NCBI RefSeq assembly: GCF_001194135.2
Contig: NC_068994.1
Span: 23,770,176 to 23,821,729 of the forward strand
Length of the DNA stretch: 51,554 nucleotides
Direction: 5' to 3'
DNA from: Octopus bimaculoides
Taxonomy: Eukaryota
Part shown: in pieces, positions 23,800 through 36,417 of the stretch
Layout of the letters: every line of letters starts with the position of its first letter
Numbering within the stretch: position 1 is the first letter of the stretch
The notes under the pieces: generated by a model
What the model was told of the DNA's origin: nothing
Seen by the model: only the letters and a program-made list of their open reading frames with translations
The model's database searches: none
Position numbers and translations under genes: made by a program

Positions 23800-26622
23800 T
23801 CGAGGAAAATACATTTCTTGCTGATAAAAGTAATCTTATAGCAGAAAACAGAGGTGAGATCTCTAATAAACCACAAAAAAGGAACAGTGATGGCTTGCTC
23901 AATGAGAGACATATAGATGATCTGGAAGAAGACAATAAAACTAATGGTGACATGACAGATGGGCAAAAGGCAATCTACAACAGAATAAAGGCAAGGCTAC
24001 AGGAGAACGATAGCGACATTATTTAAAACCTTAAAAAGGTTGATCGGTGGAAATTGAACCAAGAAACGAAAAATGTGAATGAAATTCTGAAATACATCTG
24101 AACATAAAGCATCACAGAACCAAATAATTTGATGAAGGCAGAAAGTATTGTTGTAGCAGAAAACGTGGGTGTTGATGTCAAGAAAAAGAAATATAATGGG
24201 AGTGAAAAAAGAAAAGATCCATGGTGGAAAAGAAGAATACAGGCGGGGTTAGATACGCTCTCGATGGACATTTCTGTGTTAGATCGATAAGGGAAGGGTA
24301 AGCTTAAAGGTGAACAAAAATACAGGGCACGGAATAAGGAGTACCATATTGAAAGAAAAGGCCTGAAAGTGGTAATGGAGGAACTGAAACAACACCTCGT
24401 TGCAAAGAAAGCAAAGAATGAAGGGATACCACCAGAATAGGTTATTTAGAGTAGATCAGAAGAAATTCTACAAACAAATAAATGGAGAGTGTACAGATAG
24501 AAAGTTGATACCAGATAACATTGAAAGCCCATGATTTTGGAATGACATCTGGAGCAAAGACAAGGAGCACAAGAAGGATGCTGAATGGTTGCAATAATGA
24601 AACAAACAGTAGTCTGTCCACAACAGGCAGAACTAGTCATTTCAGTTAGGGAAGTGAAAGAAATCAGCAAAAAAAAAAAAAAAAATTGGGCAAATGGAAG
24701 GCCCCGGGATCACATGGATTTCAAGGCTTCTAGATCAAAAGATTTGGTGAATGTCATGCACGAATAGCTGCACATCTCAACAACTTGTTAAATGCCGACC
24801 AAGTAACACCAGAGTGATTGACAATGGGTAGGATTGTGCTGTGCTTGAAAAACATCGAAAAGGGCAATACGGTAGACAATTACATGCCGATATCTTACTT
24901 TCCACTTATGTGGAAATTATTGACTGGAATAGTCGCAGAGTCAATCTGGAAAAAAATAGAGTCCTGCCACATGAGCAGAAGGGGTGCAAGCGTAAGTGCC
25001 GAAGTACCGAGGATCAATTTCTGGTAGATAAAGCTGTACTTAGAGACGGCAAGAGGAGGAAAACTAACTTAGCCAAGTCATGGATCGATTATCGTAAGGC
25101 ATAGGATATGATCCCACATTCTTGGATTATGGAATGTATGAGCCTATTTGGTATTGCATCAAATGTTAAAGGATTGCTTGGAAAAATTATGGCGAAGTGG
25201 AGGACGGAACTGACGACATATGGAAGAAGTTTTGGGACAATAGAAATCAGGAGAGGTATCTTCCAAAGGGACTGCCTGTCCCCACTGATCTTTGTATAAT
25301 ACCACTAACTCCGATTCTGAGGAAAGTAAAGGCAAGGTATGTATTCAAAAGCCGCCTTGTTATTCACGGATGACCTCAAACTTGATGGTAAAGATGAATC
25401 CAAAGCCAGTCCCCTCGTTGATACCGTGTACACTTTCAGTGCTGATATCAGAATGGAGTTCGGACTGAAAAAGTGCAGTCATGAAGACAGGAAAAATTAA
25501 ATGTATGGACGGGCTAGTGATGCCGTCGGTGGGGGTGGAATATGAAGCAAATAGAAGAGACGGGCTATAAGTACTCGGGGATATCGGAAATGGATAAATT
25601 GCTGGAGAAAGAAATGACAGACAAATTTAAGAAGACTGATTGGATGCGAACACAGCATTAGAGCATTAGAAAACAACATAGCATGGTTTGTAAAAAATGC
25701 CACAGAACCGCTATTATTGGACGTAAGAAGGTCAGGTTTGTGTAGGGTGGAAGATTGCAAAGATACAGCACTGTACAAGCACTTGAGAATGAATGAAACT
25801 GAAAATAGATAGATAAAGAAAAGAATGCATGGACAATTTCATAAGGTTGTTGAAAATAAGACAAGAAGAGAAAAAAGATGACTATGGATGACTAAAAGTG
25901 ACTTTAAACCAGAAACGGAGGCTCTAATCTGTGCTGCCCAAGAGCAAGCATTAAGAACTAATTACATCAAATACAGAATAGACAACAGAAAGTGATAAGT
26001 GCAGAATTTGTGGACAAAACGATGAAACCGTATGGTATATTACCAATCAGTATACGCCACTAGCCCAGAAAGAATATAAGAGACGTCATGACAACATAGC
26101 AAGGGCTGCCCATTGGACACTCTGCAACAAGTATTGACCTGACAAAACAAAAAAGTAGTAAGAACCTAAGCCGGAAGGCACATCGAAAATGATAATGTAA
26201 AGATCCTATAGGATTTTATGATTTAGTCCGACCATGAGCTGGAGAATAGGAAACCAGACATAGTGTTAATTGAGAAAGAAAGCAAACTATGCTGGATCAT
26301 AGATATAGGATACCCAGCTGACAATGCGATAAAGAAGGAAAAGTCTTTAAATATGACAGGTTAGCTTGGGAGGTTAAGCAGTTGTGGTCGCTGAAAAAGG
26401 TGGTAGTAGAATCAATAATTGTCGGAGCCCCGGGAACAGTGAGTAAAAACTTTGAGAAGTACATGTAACAAATAGGGGCTGCAATAAGGGTGAAGCACTT
26501 GCAGAAAGCAGCACTGCCTGGAACCACTCGAATACTCCGGATGGTGCTCGAAAAGTAAGGGCTGTTACCTTAGTTCACTCGTAGTGAACAACTGACACCA
26601 GCGTTAGAAGCTGTGCAAAGAC
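23800..26622 (+). mobile_element. R4/Dong-clade element, family B copy 2 (near full length, decayed)
   Basis: [94 protein letters not shown]. Its 3' UTR is almost identical to 3710-3817. Confidence 0.95.
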
Positions 26623-26636
26623 AATAAAATAATAAT

Positions 26637-26845
26637 CCATTCTACTGGAGGCACAATGCCTCAAATTTGTGGCGAGGTGACTAGTCGATTACATCGATCC
26701 CATTGTTTCACTGGCACTTAATTTATCGACCCTGAAAAGATGAAAGGCAAATTCGACCTCGGTGGAATTTGAACTCAGAACGTAGCGACGGGCGAAATAC
26801 TGCTAAAAATTTCGTGTTGCGTGCTAACAATTCTGCCAGCTCGCC
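26637..26845 (-). mobile_element. SINE family 1, near full length
   Basis: Reverse complement has head GGCGAGCTGGCAGAATTG, B-box GAGTTCAAATTCC and central GCCTTTCATCTTTTCAGGGTCGATAAATTAAGT. AAT repeats on both sides. Confidence 0.88.
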
Positions 26846-26873
26846 TCTTAATAATAATGATGATAATAATGAT

Positions 26874-27116
26874 AGTACCAGGCAGTGGCTCTCATGGCTT
26901 CTGATCTTAACTGATTGGAAGTGTTATCATGTACATTGTTTTGTCTTGGTATAAAAGATGGGCTACAGTAAATATTCTGCTTAATACCACAGATTTGCTT
27001 GTCAGTTGTTTGACCATAACCAGTTGAGCATATCCCTTGGTGGCTGACGATATGTGCATCTCTGATCATGAGCAGAAGTAGTGGGGGAGCGTCATAGCCA
27101 TGTGTTGAGAGGAATT
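26874..27116 (-). mobile_element. Probable SINE-like interspersed repeat, cut by the gap
   Basis: Recognised from memory as a common octopus repeat block. There is no second copy in the window to confirm it. Confidence 0.45.
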
Positions 27117-27641
27117 NNNNNNNNNNNNNNNNNNNNNNNNNNNNNNNNNNNNNNNNNNNNNNNNNNNNNNNNNNNNNNNNNNNNNNNNNNNNNNNNNNNN
27201 NNNNNNNNNNNNNNNNNNNNNNNNNNNNNNNNNNNNNNNNNNNNNNNNNNNNNNNNNNNNNNNNNNNNNNNNNNNNNNNNNNNNNNNNNNNNNNNNNNNN
27301 NNNNNNNNNNNNNNNNNNNNNNNNNNNNNNNNNNNNNNNNNNNNNNNNNNNNNNNNNNNNNNNNNNNNNNNNNNNNNNNNNNNNNNNNNNNNNNNNNNNN
27401 NNNNNNNNNNNNNNNNNNNNNNNNNNNNNNNNNNNNNNNNNNNNNNNNNNNNNNNNNNNNNNNNNNNNNNNNNNNNNNNNNNNNNNNNNNNNNNNNNNNN
27501 NNNNNNNNNNNNNNNNNNNNNNNNNNNNNNNNNNNNNNNNNNNNNNNNNNNNNNNNNNNNNNNNNNNNNNNNNNNNNNNNNNNNNNNNNNNNNNNNNNNN
27601 NNNNNNNNNNNNNNNNNNNNNNNNNNNNNNNNNTACTGAAC

Positions 27642-27710
<69 letters not shown>
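27642..27710. repeat. (AAT)n microsatellite
   Basis: Read directly from the sequence. Confidence 0.98.
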
Positions 27711-27749
27711 GTAAAGCCAAATATTTAGAGAAATATATACAATCTTACA

Positions 27750-28045
27750 AAACAAAAACTGTCATCAAATGATATGTAGTCTAGTCAGATATAGATGGAG
27801 AAAAATAACAGTGTTCTGAGATTTCTAAGTTGACAAAGACTGGATAATTCATGAAATAGAGAAGATATTATCGTCAAGGACAACAGAAGCAAAACCTGCA
27901 AATTGATGGATATGAGCATACCATCAGATGAACATATATTGTTAAAAGATCCAGAGATAGAGATTGGAACTATGTGGCATATTAAAAGAAAAATAGGACA
28001 TGTGTCATTATAAGAGAAATAGGTATAAAAGAAATATTCGTATCG
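27750..28045 (+). mobile_element. Decayed R4 RLE endonuclease fragment
   Basis: IIVKDNRSKTCKLMDMSIPSD and EIEIGTMWHIK. Confidence 0.75.
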
Positions 28046-28049
28046 CGTA

Positions 28050-30460
28050 TATTCCAAATTTTTTAACAGAGAGTTTTTGTGATGAACTGTAATGCTGAAT
28101 ACTCCTATATCCGGGTGGTAAGTCAGAGGTACTGGAAGGGAACGATGGTGAAAGTAGTGCCTTTAAACTAGTGTCCGTAGAAGCGTCTACCGGAATATGG
28201 TGGTCGGATTTCTTTAGATGACAAGGAACTTTCTTAAGAAAGTGCCGCTCTTTAGTACTAGTGAGGGACTGGAATTGTATTTTAGGCACACGATAAGACT
28301 GAGTTCCGCTCATAGAAGAAAGGGTGGAATAACCTCAAAAACCTGCGTAGATACTTCTATCAAACAGGTAACAACTGAATTTGTTGAATGTGCTGGCGTG
28401 GACATGGAGTGACAAGAGTAGATCATCCATACCGAATCTAGATAAAGTGTTCGTTAGGTTAGAGGATAGAAACAGTGGAAGATGCCCACAATTTAAACTG
28501 GTAGTCCACAAAGAGTGACCCGGTTACCAAAAGTTAAATTTCTCTTTCTCGGCACACAAAGACTACATGGGTCGTCTAAGCGAGCTTGTCAAGTAAGATG
28601 TAGTTGATGAGTCAATAATAGTGGGTGGGCGCAGGGAAGAAGGTGATTAAATATGAGTCGATAGAAAGAATTCGATTGGATTCAGAAATATCAGCTATTG
28701 GCCAACATTTTGGTTGGTTATTTTTTAAAGACTTTTGAATCTGAGGGAGATTTGGTGGCCATTTCTCGCTCATTCATCGTGGTAATCGCAGCTTGAATTG
28801 TACTATATAAGTCTAACTCATTGATAGCAAGCTAGAAGAGGCTGACGTGGAAAAACAATAGAGAAGAAGAGCCAGTCGATGAGCTTGGATAGTGGAGGCG
28901 CGACGGGTAACGAAACCGTAATTTAGACTTTAAAAGATGGGGACTGGCGCGTGCTAATCGGTTTCAAGTAGATATTTCTGGTTTTCTAGTACTATGTGAT
29001 GGATCAGCGGAAGATACGAAGTTCGGCGAAGGACCAATAACAGTAAGAACAAACCTCGCTTAGACGAGGCCCAAGTGGGATCAGTTGAAAGCTCCCGATT
29101 AGGTCAACCATGGCAACTTGGCACTAATCTTAAAAGTGGTCGTTTTGGATTCGCTATCAGAGACAGGAACTTAGTCATGCACAAGCGGCACTTGCATAGA
29201 GGTCAGAAAGAACAGTCATCTCTCGGAACCATTCTATAAGGCGCGCTCGGTCCGTCAGGGTGTCCTCTCTCATCTCTCCTATACGCGTGGGCGCTCGAGC
29301 ATTACTGCCGAGGCTAGAACTGTCAAGGGGCATCACTTTTGGGATGAGATGCGGGGAGCTGTGTTGGATTATGCTGATGACGTCATCTTAATGGTGTTGG
29401 GTACCATTCTATAGAATACGGGCATCATTCTATAGAATACAAGACAAGCGTAGGAGCAAAGATCAATCTAGACAAGACGGTGGGCTTTCAGCTTGACACT
29501 TAGAGAGGCAAATCTATGGTGTTGGACGGCGTCGTGCATCACTGGACAAACGGACAATTATACTCTTCAGGTACAGGTTTGGTCTGGAAATTACTGTGGA
29601 CGGGAACTGGGATGAGGTTGTGAGTAAATAGGCCTATCTTACTGCGAAATGACCTAAGATAAAAGATGTTATTCTTGAAAAGTCGAAAAAAAGTAGCGAA
29701 TGCGTTGAACGCCTTTGTCTTAATTTAACGCATGACCACTTTGCCTTGCCACAGTTCCCGTTCGAAACCATATTGGGGCACTTGCTCTTCCGCTTATTGC
29801 GGAAGGGATGCAATCCGATGGGTAAACCACCCGCCTATTGCAGGGACTCTCTTGAAAGTGGGATAGGCATGCCGCGGCTACTACAGTGCAAACATACTCG
29901 AGGCTGCGCTACATAGAATGTTCTTGGATGGTGAGCAGATGTAGACTCCGTTTGTAAGGCACGTATTTCCATATCTGCTCGTTTAGACGAACAAACTGTG
30001 AAAGAGCAAGTTCAGGCGAATTGCATCTGGAATATCATCAAGTGCTCACCGATCTCTATATTTTCGGTTGTGTGGTTATGGGGCGGGCAATGCGATCTAT
30101 AGAAGTTTCCCTTCAGCACAATATCAAGGCCTAGTAGTAGGTAAGAAGAATAACGACCTCGGAAAAACTCTTGACGTCGATGATGACAGAGGGGTTGGCC
30201 CGTTTGGGAAGACTTTCGAGTCCAGGACTACTATGTATAACTTCTAGAAAATCCTTGACCTGGTATTGGTACTGGCAGGCATTACCAGTTTCGAACTATA
30301 AATATGGAAACGCTGTTTAGCGGGACTGTCCGAAATGTACAGTGGCGAATTCAATCTGCATATATTCGAGCAGGGTCCGAGCATTGTTAATTTTGGTGGA
30401 ATTATGTGGAACAAATGTTGTTGCATTTAAGACCTATACGACATCAATAAATTTATGGTA
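28050..30460 (+). mobile_element. L1/Tx1-like ORF2 remnant (AP endonuclease and RT)
   Basis: AFKLVSV, LVLVRDWNCIL (28252-28284, the APE GDxN motif), LDKVFVR, frameshifted VRQGCPLS (about 29250), YADDV (29370-29384), GAKINLDK. Confidence 0.85.
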
Positions 30461-30479
30461 AACATCGACATATAGCTCA

Positions 30480-32270
30480 CCTTTAACAGGGCTGGGTAAG
30501 CAGTTCACCTCTGTCTAATAGCCATAGCAAAAAAGATTTTGTGGTGGACTAGTTTGCAAAATTGAGATTAGACATCTTGCTCTTCGACCAAGCTGTCATC
30601 AATTTTTTTCAAGTTCCACTTAGAAAGAAAAGTAACGTTAATGGGAAGGGAAAAGTTCTCTAACCGAAATGTGAATTACTATGGAAAGAAGGGTCAAATG
30701 AATGGAACTACACTACACAACGCATGCCTTTACGGATTGGAGAACAACAATTGAGCGTGGACTCGTGCCATGGGTGGTCAGAGTAATTTTGGATGAATGG
30801 AGTTTCTGATTGGGCTTAGTTGAAATCTCACTTCTATCAGAAGGACTTATCAAACTTTTACTCATAATGACGATATATTCGATACTGCTTTTCCGTAACT
30901 TTTCTGACAGTTGGTATTCTCTCTTATAGGGAGTTATGGAGCTACTGTTACAGTTGTTTAGTATTTTAATGTACCAATTGTCTAACTCCAAAGAGCTAGA
31001 GTCATTAGTCCTATGGTTTGCTTTTTCCTAGAAGATAAATGAATGAATAGAAATAAGAAATCTGTTACGCCGTTCTGCTCTTATGACAGCAAGTTGATGT
31101 AATTAAACCAACACATGTACAATTCATCAATGCCAGCAACTTCCCATTTGAATCATAACTTATTCCTTCGTACAATATCTGGTTGGTTATCATTACCGAA
31201 CTGTCTGAAGCCAGTTAGTAATTTACTTGTATATTTTTTCTGGATTCACTAATATTTGCTTTCATAATGTTTGCATAAGTATTATTAAATAAGCTAATTC
31301 CATTGTCCTAGATCCGGTGAAAATCACTTCTATGTTACGTGCAACATGCGATAATATATTTCTATACTATAAGGCGGCGAGCTGGCTGAATCGTTAGCAC
31401 GCCAGGCGAAATGGTTAGCGGTATTTCATCTGTCTTTATGTTCTGAATTCAAATTCCACCGAGGTCGACTTTGCCGTTCATCTTTCGGGGTTGATAAATT
31501 AAGTACCATTTACGTACTGAGGTCGATCTAATCGACTCGCCCTCTTCCCATAATTTCGGGCCTTGTACCTAGAGTAGAAAAAGAGTATCTTTATTAAAAC
31601 TCTACTTTGGTTCTTCTGCCATGAATTTTTGCTCCAAATTCTCTATTACTTTGGGGAATACTTAGTGTTTTACCCGAAATTCTTTTCCAAACTTGAAACA
31701 CCGTAAAGGATTTTTCTATTTGCTATTTCTGTCTTTCTAACACAATAAGGTCCCAGTGCAACGGTAGTTTTGAGACTTTTCTTTTGTCTTTTCCATTGTG
31801 TAACCAACTCTTCCATTATTCTTATCTCCGATGGTCAATTCGACAATTTTTCAGAAATGGCTTTTCAGTATATTTTCTCTCTTATAATTTAAATATCACC
31901 TCAATTCAAATTAATAAATGCTGTTGTTTAATCCCCGTGATTGTGCAGATTTATGATGAAAGGGTCCCACTCATGATGCTTCTCTTAGACAATCTTCCTA
32001 CTATTATTGTTAGCCAATGTTTCCCTTCCTTTTCATAACAGTTGTATGTAATATGAAGAAGATTTAGTAGCTGTTTCTAGAAAGCTGAGTTACCCAGTAG
32101 GAGCTTCCTACAGCTGTGATTCTCTATTATTTGCTGCTGTATATTTTTTATATCTCAAAGTCTTTAGTCAATTAGCTCTTCTAATTAGTCGAACTTAATT
32201 TGCTGTATTTTACTTTTAGTTGTAGTGATATTTGAAACTTTACCGTTTTAAACAATTCTCTTTGAGATAT
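30480..32270 (-). mobile_element. Possible very old R4-like remnant, interrupted by a SINE
   Basis: Weak minus-strand motifs such as KWEVAGIDELYMCWFNYI (about 31100-31150), resembling NWKAPGxDxIxNxWxK. Otherwise degenerate. Confidence 0.35.
31373..31582 (+). mobile_element. SINE family 1, full length (best reference copy)
   Basis: GGCGGCGAGCTGGCTGAATCG (A-box), GAATTCAAATTCC (B-box), GAGGTCGACTTTGCCGTTCATCTTTCGGGGTTGATAAATTAAGTACC (Nin-like domain), tail CCTTGTACCTAGAGTAGAAAAAG. Confidence 0.9.
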
Positions 32271-32344
32271 AGATAGACAGACAGACAGATAGACAGATAA
32301 AAAGAGAGGGAAGGAGAGAAACAAAGAGAAGGAAATATAAAATT

Positions 32345-32472
32345 ATGTATGTATGTATGTATGCATGTATGTATGTATGTATGTATGTATGTATGTATGT
32401 ATGTATGTATGTATGTACGTATGTATGTATGTATGTATGTATGTATGTATGTATGTATGTATGTATGTATGC
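32345..32472. repeat. (TATG)n microsatellite
   Basis: Read directly from the sequence. Confidence 0.97.
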
Positions 32473-33161
32473 ATGAACGGTAGGATATGTGTATGTGTTC
32501 TGTTGGCAGTAATATATATATATATTGATGAAAAGGCAGTGTACTCCAATCAGTGTGTCATTTTATCTTTCTTGGGAAGCTCTACAGATAGCCCATTGAA
32601 TGTTTGCCGAGATCGGCAGACGATTAAATTGCTTCCAGTGTTTGAATGATATTTATTTCATTGACTCCGACAGAATGCACATGCTACAAACAGGACTTCT
32701 TAACCATGCGACCACGCCTCACTGCTGAATAATTTTCATTAAAATGAGCGCTAAGCCGACATTTCTTTTAAAAGAAAGAATGATAAATATTAGTATAATC
32801 CTCGATAAATAATTAGGATTACCAAATGACAACAGGAAATCTAATGCAAGGGAGAAAACTCTTACTACCTTACTACACTATACTTGCTATTGGTTAAAGA
32901 GAATTTTAAATGTTGCAGCAGTTTAATGACCTCAGATCCGACCTATGAGGGTGAGAGCTTCAATCATAACTACTTCGTGCTTTGGTCAGTGCATTTTGTA
33001 TTATATTATCATGTGTGACAGGGTAGGATATAATTTGAGGTATAATGGCTGCTATTTCTAGCATGACATGCAGCAGTTCTTTCGTTGAAACGACGGTATT
33101 TTGAGATAGCTCTCCTTATAAGCTCCGTTCATTAGAGAAAGAAAAACCTTACGGAAATGGC

Positions 33162-33443
33162 CATGGCCGGTTTTAAGTCAATTAGACAGAATAGTTCAAA
33201 TTGGGCCCCGCGTCAAGAGAGGGCCCCGCGCCAAGAGAGGGCCCCGCGCACACGCTTGAGCGCAGAATGACATGATGGATTTTTGATATATCATCGTGGC
33301 TAATGATGGAGCTTCAAGCTCTCAACACTTTTTGGCTGGTACTGGTATATAACACAAAGCATAAAACATCAATCCTCAATTTTTGTTGCGTGCCCCATTG
33401 ACGTTGCTGTAATTGGGCCTTGCACTTCCTTATGCCGGCCCTG
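33162..33443. mobile_element. hAT-type MITE (282 bp)
   Basis: Ends CATGGCCGG and CCGGCCCTG, an imperfect TIR of the CAGGGCCGG type. The 8-bp flanks GAAATGGC and GAAGTGGG match at 6 of 8 positions, as expected for a decayed TSD. Subterminal GGGCCC motifs. Confidence 0.75.
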
Positions 33444-34329
33444 GAAGTGGGCGTAAAAATATAAAATTTCAGAATCATAATTTCCTTTGTATGAAACAGA
33501 GGAATGCTGAGAAATGAAATAAAATATTCCCTTTTTCAATTTCTCATGAGGTATGGGACTTCGAGGGACAGCTATTCCAAAATTCCGTTCTTAACTCAAT
33601 AGAATTTACACTCCATTTCTCAACCTTAAAATTTACACACAGATGCCTGTCATGACAGTATTTGATTCGCCGACATTAAGAAAGAATATTTACTCTCATT
33701 TGATTGTTTTTATAAGGTTTGAGTTAATTGGATGTGGTCATACTGTTTAACGAACTGCTAGTTTATGACATACAAAGAATTACAACATAAACACACACGT
33801 GCTCACACGCATATTTGTTGGAATAATCCCGTTTGGAACCTCCGCACGGCTTTCCTCAGCAAAATCCTCTGGCGAGGTGTTGGTCGGCTCGAGATTATAA
33901 TAAAATGTTCTACGCACTGGGATTGTATCTGAGACCACAGTCACAAAACAAACTTTTAAATCAGAAAACTACCTCTGCCTGTGAGTTCCATTTAAATTTG
34001 TCTCCATTTAATGAATTTACTTAATATTGAGTTAGACCTGAAAAGTACAAAACAGGCTGCGATCACCACGATGAATGAGCGAGAAATAGCCACCAGATTT
34101 CACTCAACTCATACTGAAATGTCTTAATGGAAAAAAAAAAGAACAAAAAATTGGCTAATGGTTGGTATTTCTGAATTACTAAAAGTGAAAAAGAAAAAGA
34201 ATGGCGAATCTTGACAAGAACACCTCTTGGCATTGCTGTGTTCAATGAAAGCTACCATGAGGTTAAACACCGACAACAACACCAATGAATTCGGTTGCAG
34301 AATTTTCGGAAGTTAAATAAATAAATATC

Positions 34330-34751
34330 ATAGTTAACCGGCTTGAGTTTGTTATTCAGTTCAGACTGAGATATGCTTGAAGTCGTGTAATATAGAATGT
34401 TTCACATGTAGGCAAAGAGTGATGTATATATATGTGTCTTGCAAACAACTTGCACATGCAAGTGCTACCAGTCAAGAACTCCGTATACCGGAAGCCAGCA
34501 AGTGTATGGGGTCATCAGGAGAGAATGCGCGGCGTTTCGGGGTCTACCTCTCGACGGCATCAATGCGCACCGGCCCCCCTCACTGATATGAGGCCTCGCT
34601 TGCTAGATCAACTGATTATTAAATAAAGCTCAATATTTCTCTAGCCATCGCTCATCGTCTCTTTTTAACCAAATCCAGTGGCTAGCCTTCACCACTGTAG
34701 TTTGGATATCGGTAATGGTGGTATTTACCTTCCGATGAGTTAGGCCTAACG
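34330..34751 (-). mobile_element. Hero-like RLE non-LTR retrotransposon C-terminus and 3' UTR (5' part lost in the gap)
   Basis: The minus strand gives LGLTHRKVNTTITDIQTTVVKASHWIWLKRDDERWLEKY* (stop at 34630-34632), matching the KASxWxWxKR end motif I recall for Hero-clade ORFs. The UTR end is uncertain. Confidence 0.7.
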
Positions 34752-35089
34752 NNNNNNNNNNNNNNNNNNNNNNNNNNNNNNNNNNNNNNNNNNNNNNNNN
34801 NNNNNNNNNNNNNNNNNNNNNNNNNNNNNNNNNNNNNNNNNNNNNNNNNNNNNNNNNNNNNNNNNNNNNNNNNNNNNNNNNNNNNNNNNNNNNNNNNNNN
34901 NNNNNNNNNNNNNNNNNNNNNNNNNNNNNNNNNNNNNNNNNNNNNNNNNNNNNNNNNNNNNNNNNNNNNNNNNNNNNNNNNNNNNNNNNNNNNNNNNNNN
35001 NNNNNNNNNNNNNNNNNNNNNNNNNNNNNNNNNNNNNNNNNNNNNNNNNNNNNNNNNNNNNNNNNNNNNNNNNNNNNNNNNNNNNNNNN

Positions 35090-35153
<64 letters not shown>

Positions 35154-35156
<3 letters not shown>

Positions 35157-35495
35157 CAACGGGGGAGCGAACCCCTGCCATTCTCCAGCTGACGACTGAA
35201 ACGCGAGACCGATTCAGTTTCGAGCTAGTTTTCACATCCTCAGTCGCGAAACCTGATCGCCAGAGAGATGGCCAGAGTTTCCACCAGCTAGCAATATACT
35301 GTAAACAAAGCGACCATCGTTCACTGATTTGCAACAACCAAAATAACTAGTTGTAAAATCTCAATAAAAGATGAGAGTAGTACTAACAACTAAAGTTAAC
35401 CGTCACATCAATGAGACTGTTCCATGTTACTACTAGTTTTACCCCAGACAGATCTTCTGCCAGCTGGTTATCAGTGCAGCACTGCACCCTGAACA
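35154..35495 (+). mobile_element. Solo-LTR-like unit (342 bp) inside (TA)n
   Basis: TGT...ACA termini, internal AATAAA at about 35362, TATAT on both sides, and its first 20 bp or so repeated at 35503. Confidence 0.45.
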
Positions 35496-35555
35496 TATAT
35501 ATTGCCAGCAGGGAGCGAACACCTATCAGGACTTAATTTGCTTGAGGGCTGATGG

Positions 35556-36100
35556 ATCATTTACTATGTGTCTTCTGAGTGGACGGCAAGGCTTGCTTTG
35601 CTTTGTGCTACAGAACCACAACGACAGCTAAGGTTTCCATTAAGAGGAGCAGCCTTTTGCTAGCGTGTCTTCATGCTTACACGAAGTTAGTCCTGATGTT
35701 CGAGTCGACTTTGCTCAAATCTTTGAACTGAGGACAAGCAGGACTGACACCAGGTACTGCATTCTAACGCTTTGTTTATCCAGTGTTGTATCACTCCAGA
35801 TTGTCTTTTAGCTTGTCTTTGAAGCGCAAGAGCGGCCTTCTAACCGACCTTCATGAGAAGTTGCTTCGGAATTCTGATATCACTTATACGCAAGAGATGA
35901 CCTGACCATCTAAGCTGTATTTTGAAGAGGATAGCTTCAATACCTGACATGTTTCATTTTGTTAGTATCTAACTGTTATGAATATGGTCACTCGGTTTTA
36001 TATTGGAGATAGTATGGAAGCATCGCGTATGAAAAGCTTCAAGCTGGTTGATGTGCTTTCGGTACAGAATCCAAGATTCAGCACCATAAAGCAACGTGTG
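35556..36100 (-). mobile_element. RTE (BovB-like) LINE 3' remnant
   Basis: The minus strand gives LLYGAESWILYRKHINQLEAF, SGIEAILFKIQLRWSGHLLRISDIRIPKQLL and RPLLRFKDKLKDNL. Confidence 0.9.
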
Positions 36101-36373
36101 TACATATGTATGTATTGGTTTTATATATATATCATTATTTGTGTATTTATATATATGTATGGGACAGATGGGGCTCTTTAGCCACGGTGAGGGCCACCCA
36201 TAAATGTGTGTGTGTGTGTGTGTCTAATGTTACTGTACTACATGTGTCTGTTCGCCCTCATTGTATCTTGTTATCTTCCACAATTTGTGCTTATATATAC
36301 ATCACCTTATATATTCATATCTGTTAATAATTTGCCTGCTCCATCTGGATTTTCACTATAGATACATTCTTAT

Positions 36374-36417
<44 letters not shown>

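Noticed and set aside
23540-23800. Possible DNA-transposon end (...CACATGTTAA) just upstream of family B copy 2
   Set aside because: I could not find a matching opposite terminus or TTAA duplication.
33203-33250. Short direct repeats suggestive of a CRISPR array
   Set aside because: The units are adjacent with no unique spacers, they lie inside a MITE, and the context is eukaryotic.
34060-34330. Possible LINE 3' end with a (TAAA)n tail
   Set aside because: The short TAAA run is the only evidence and no convincing protein motif is present.
34340-34700. Possible + strand solo LTR because of the AATAAA at about 34622
   Set aside because: The minus strand encodes a Hero-like C-terminus ending at 34630, which explains the region better.
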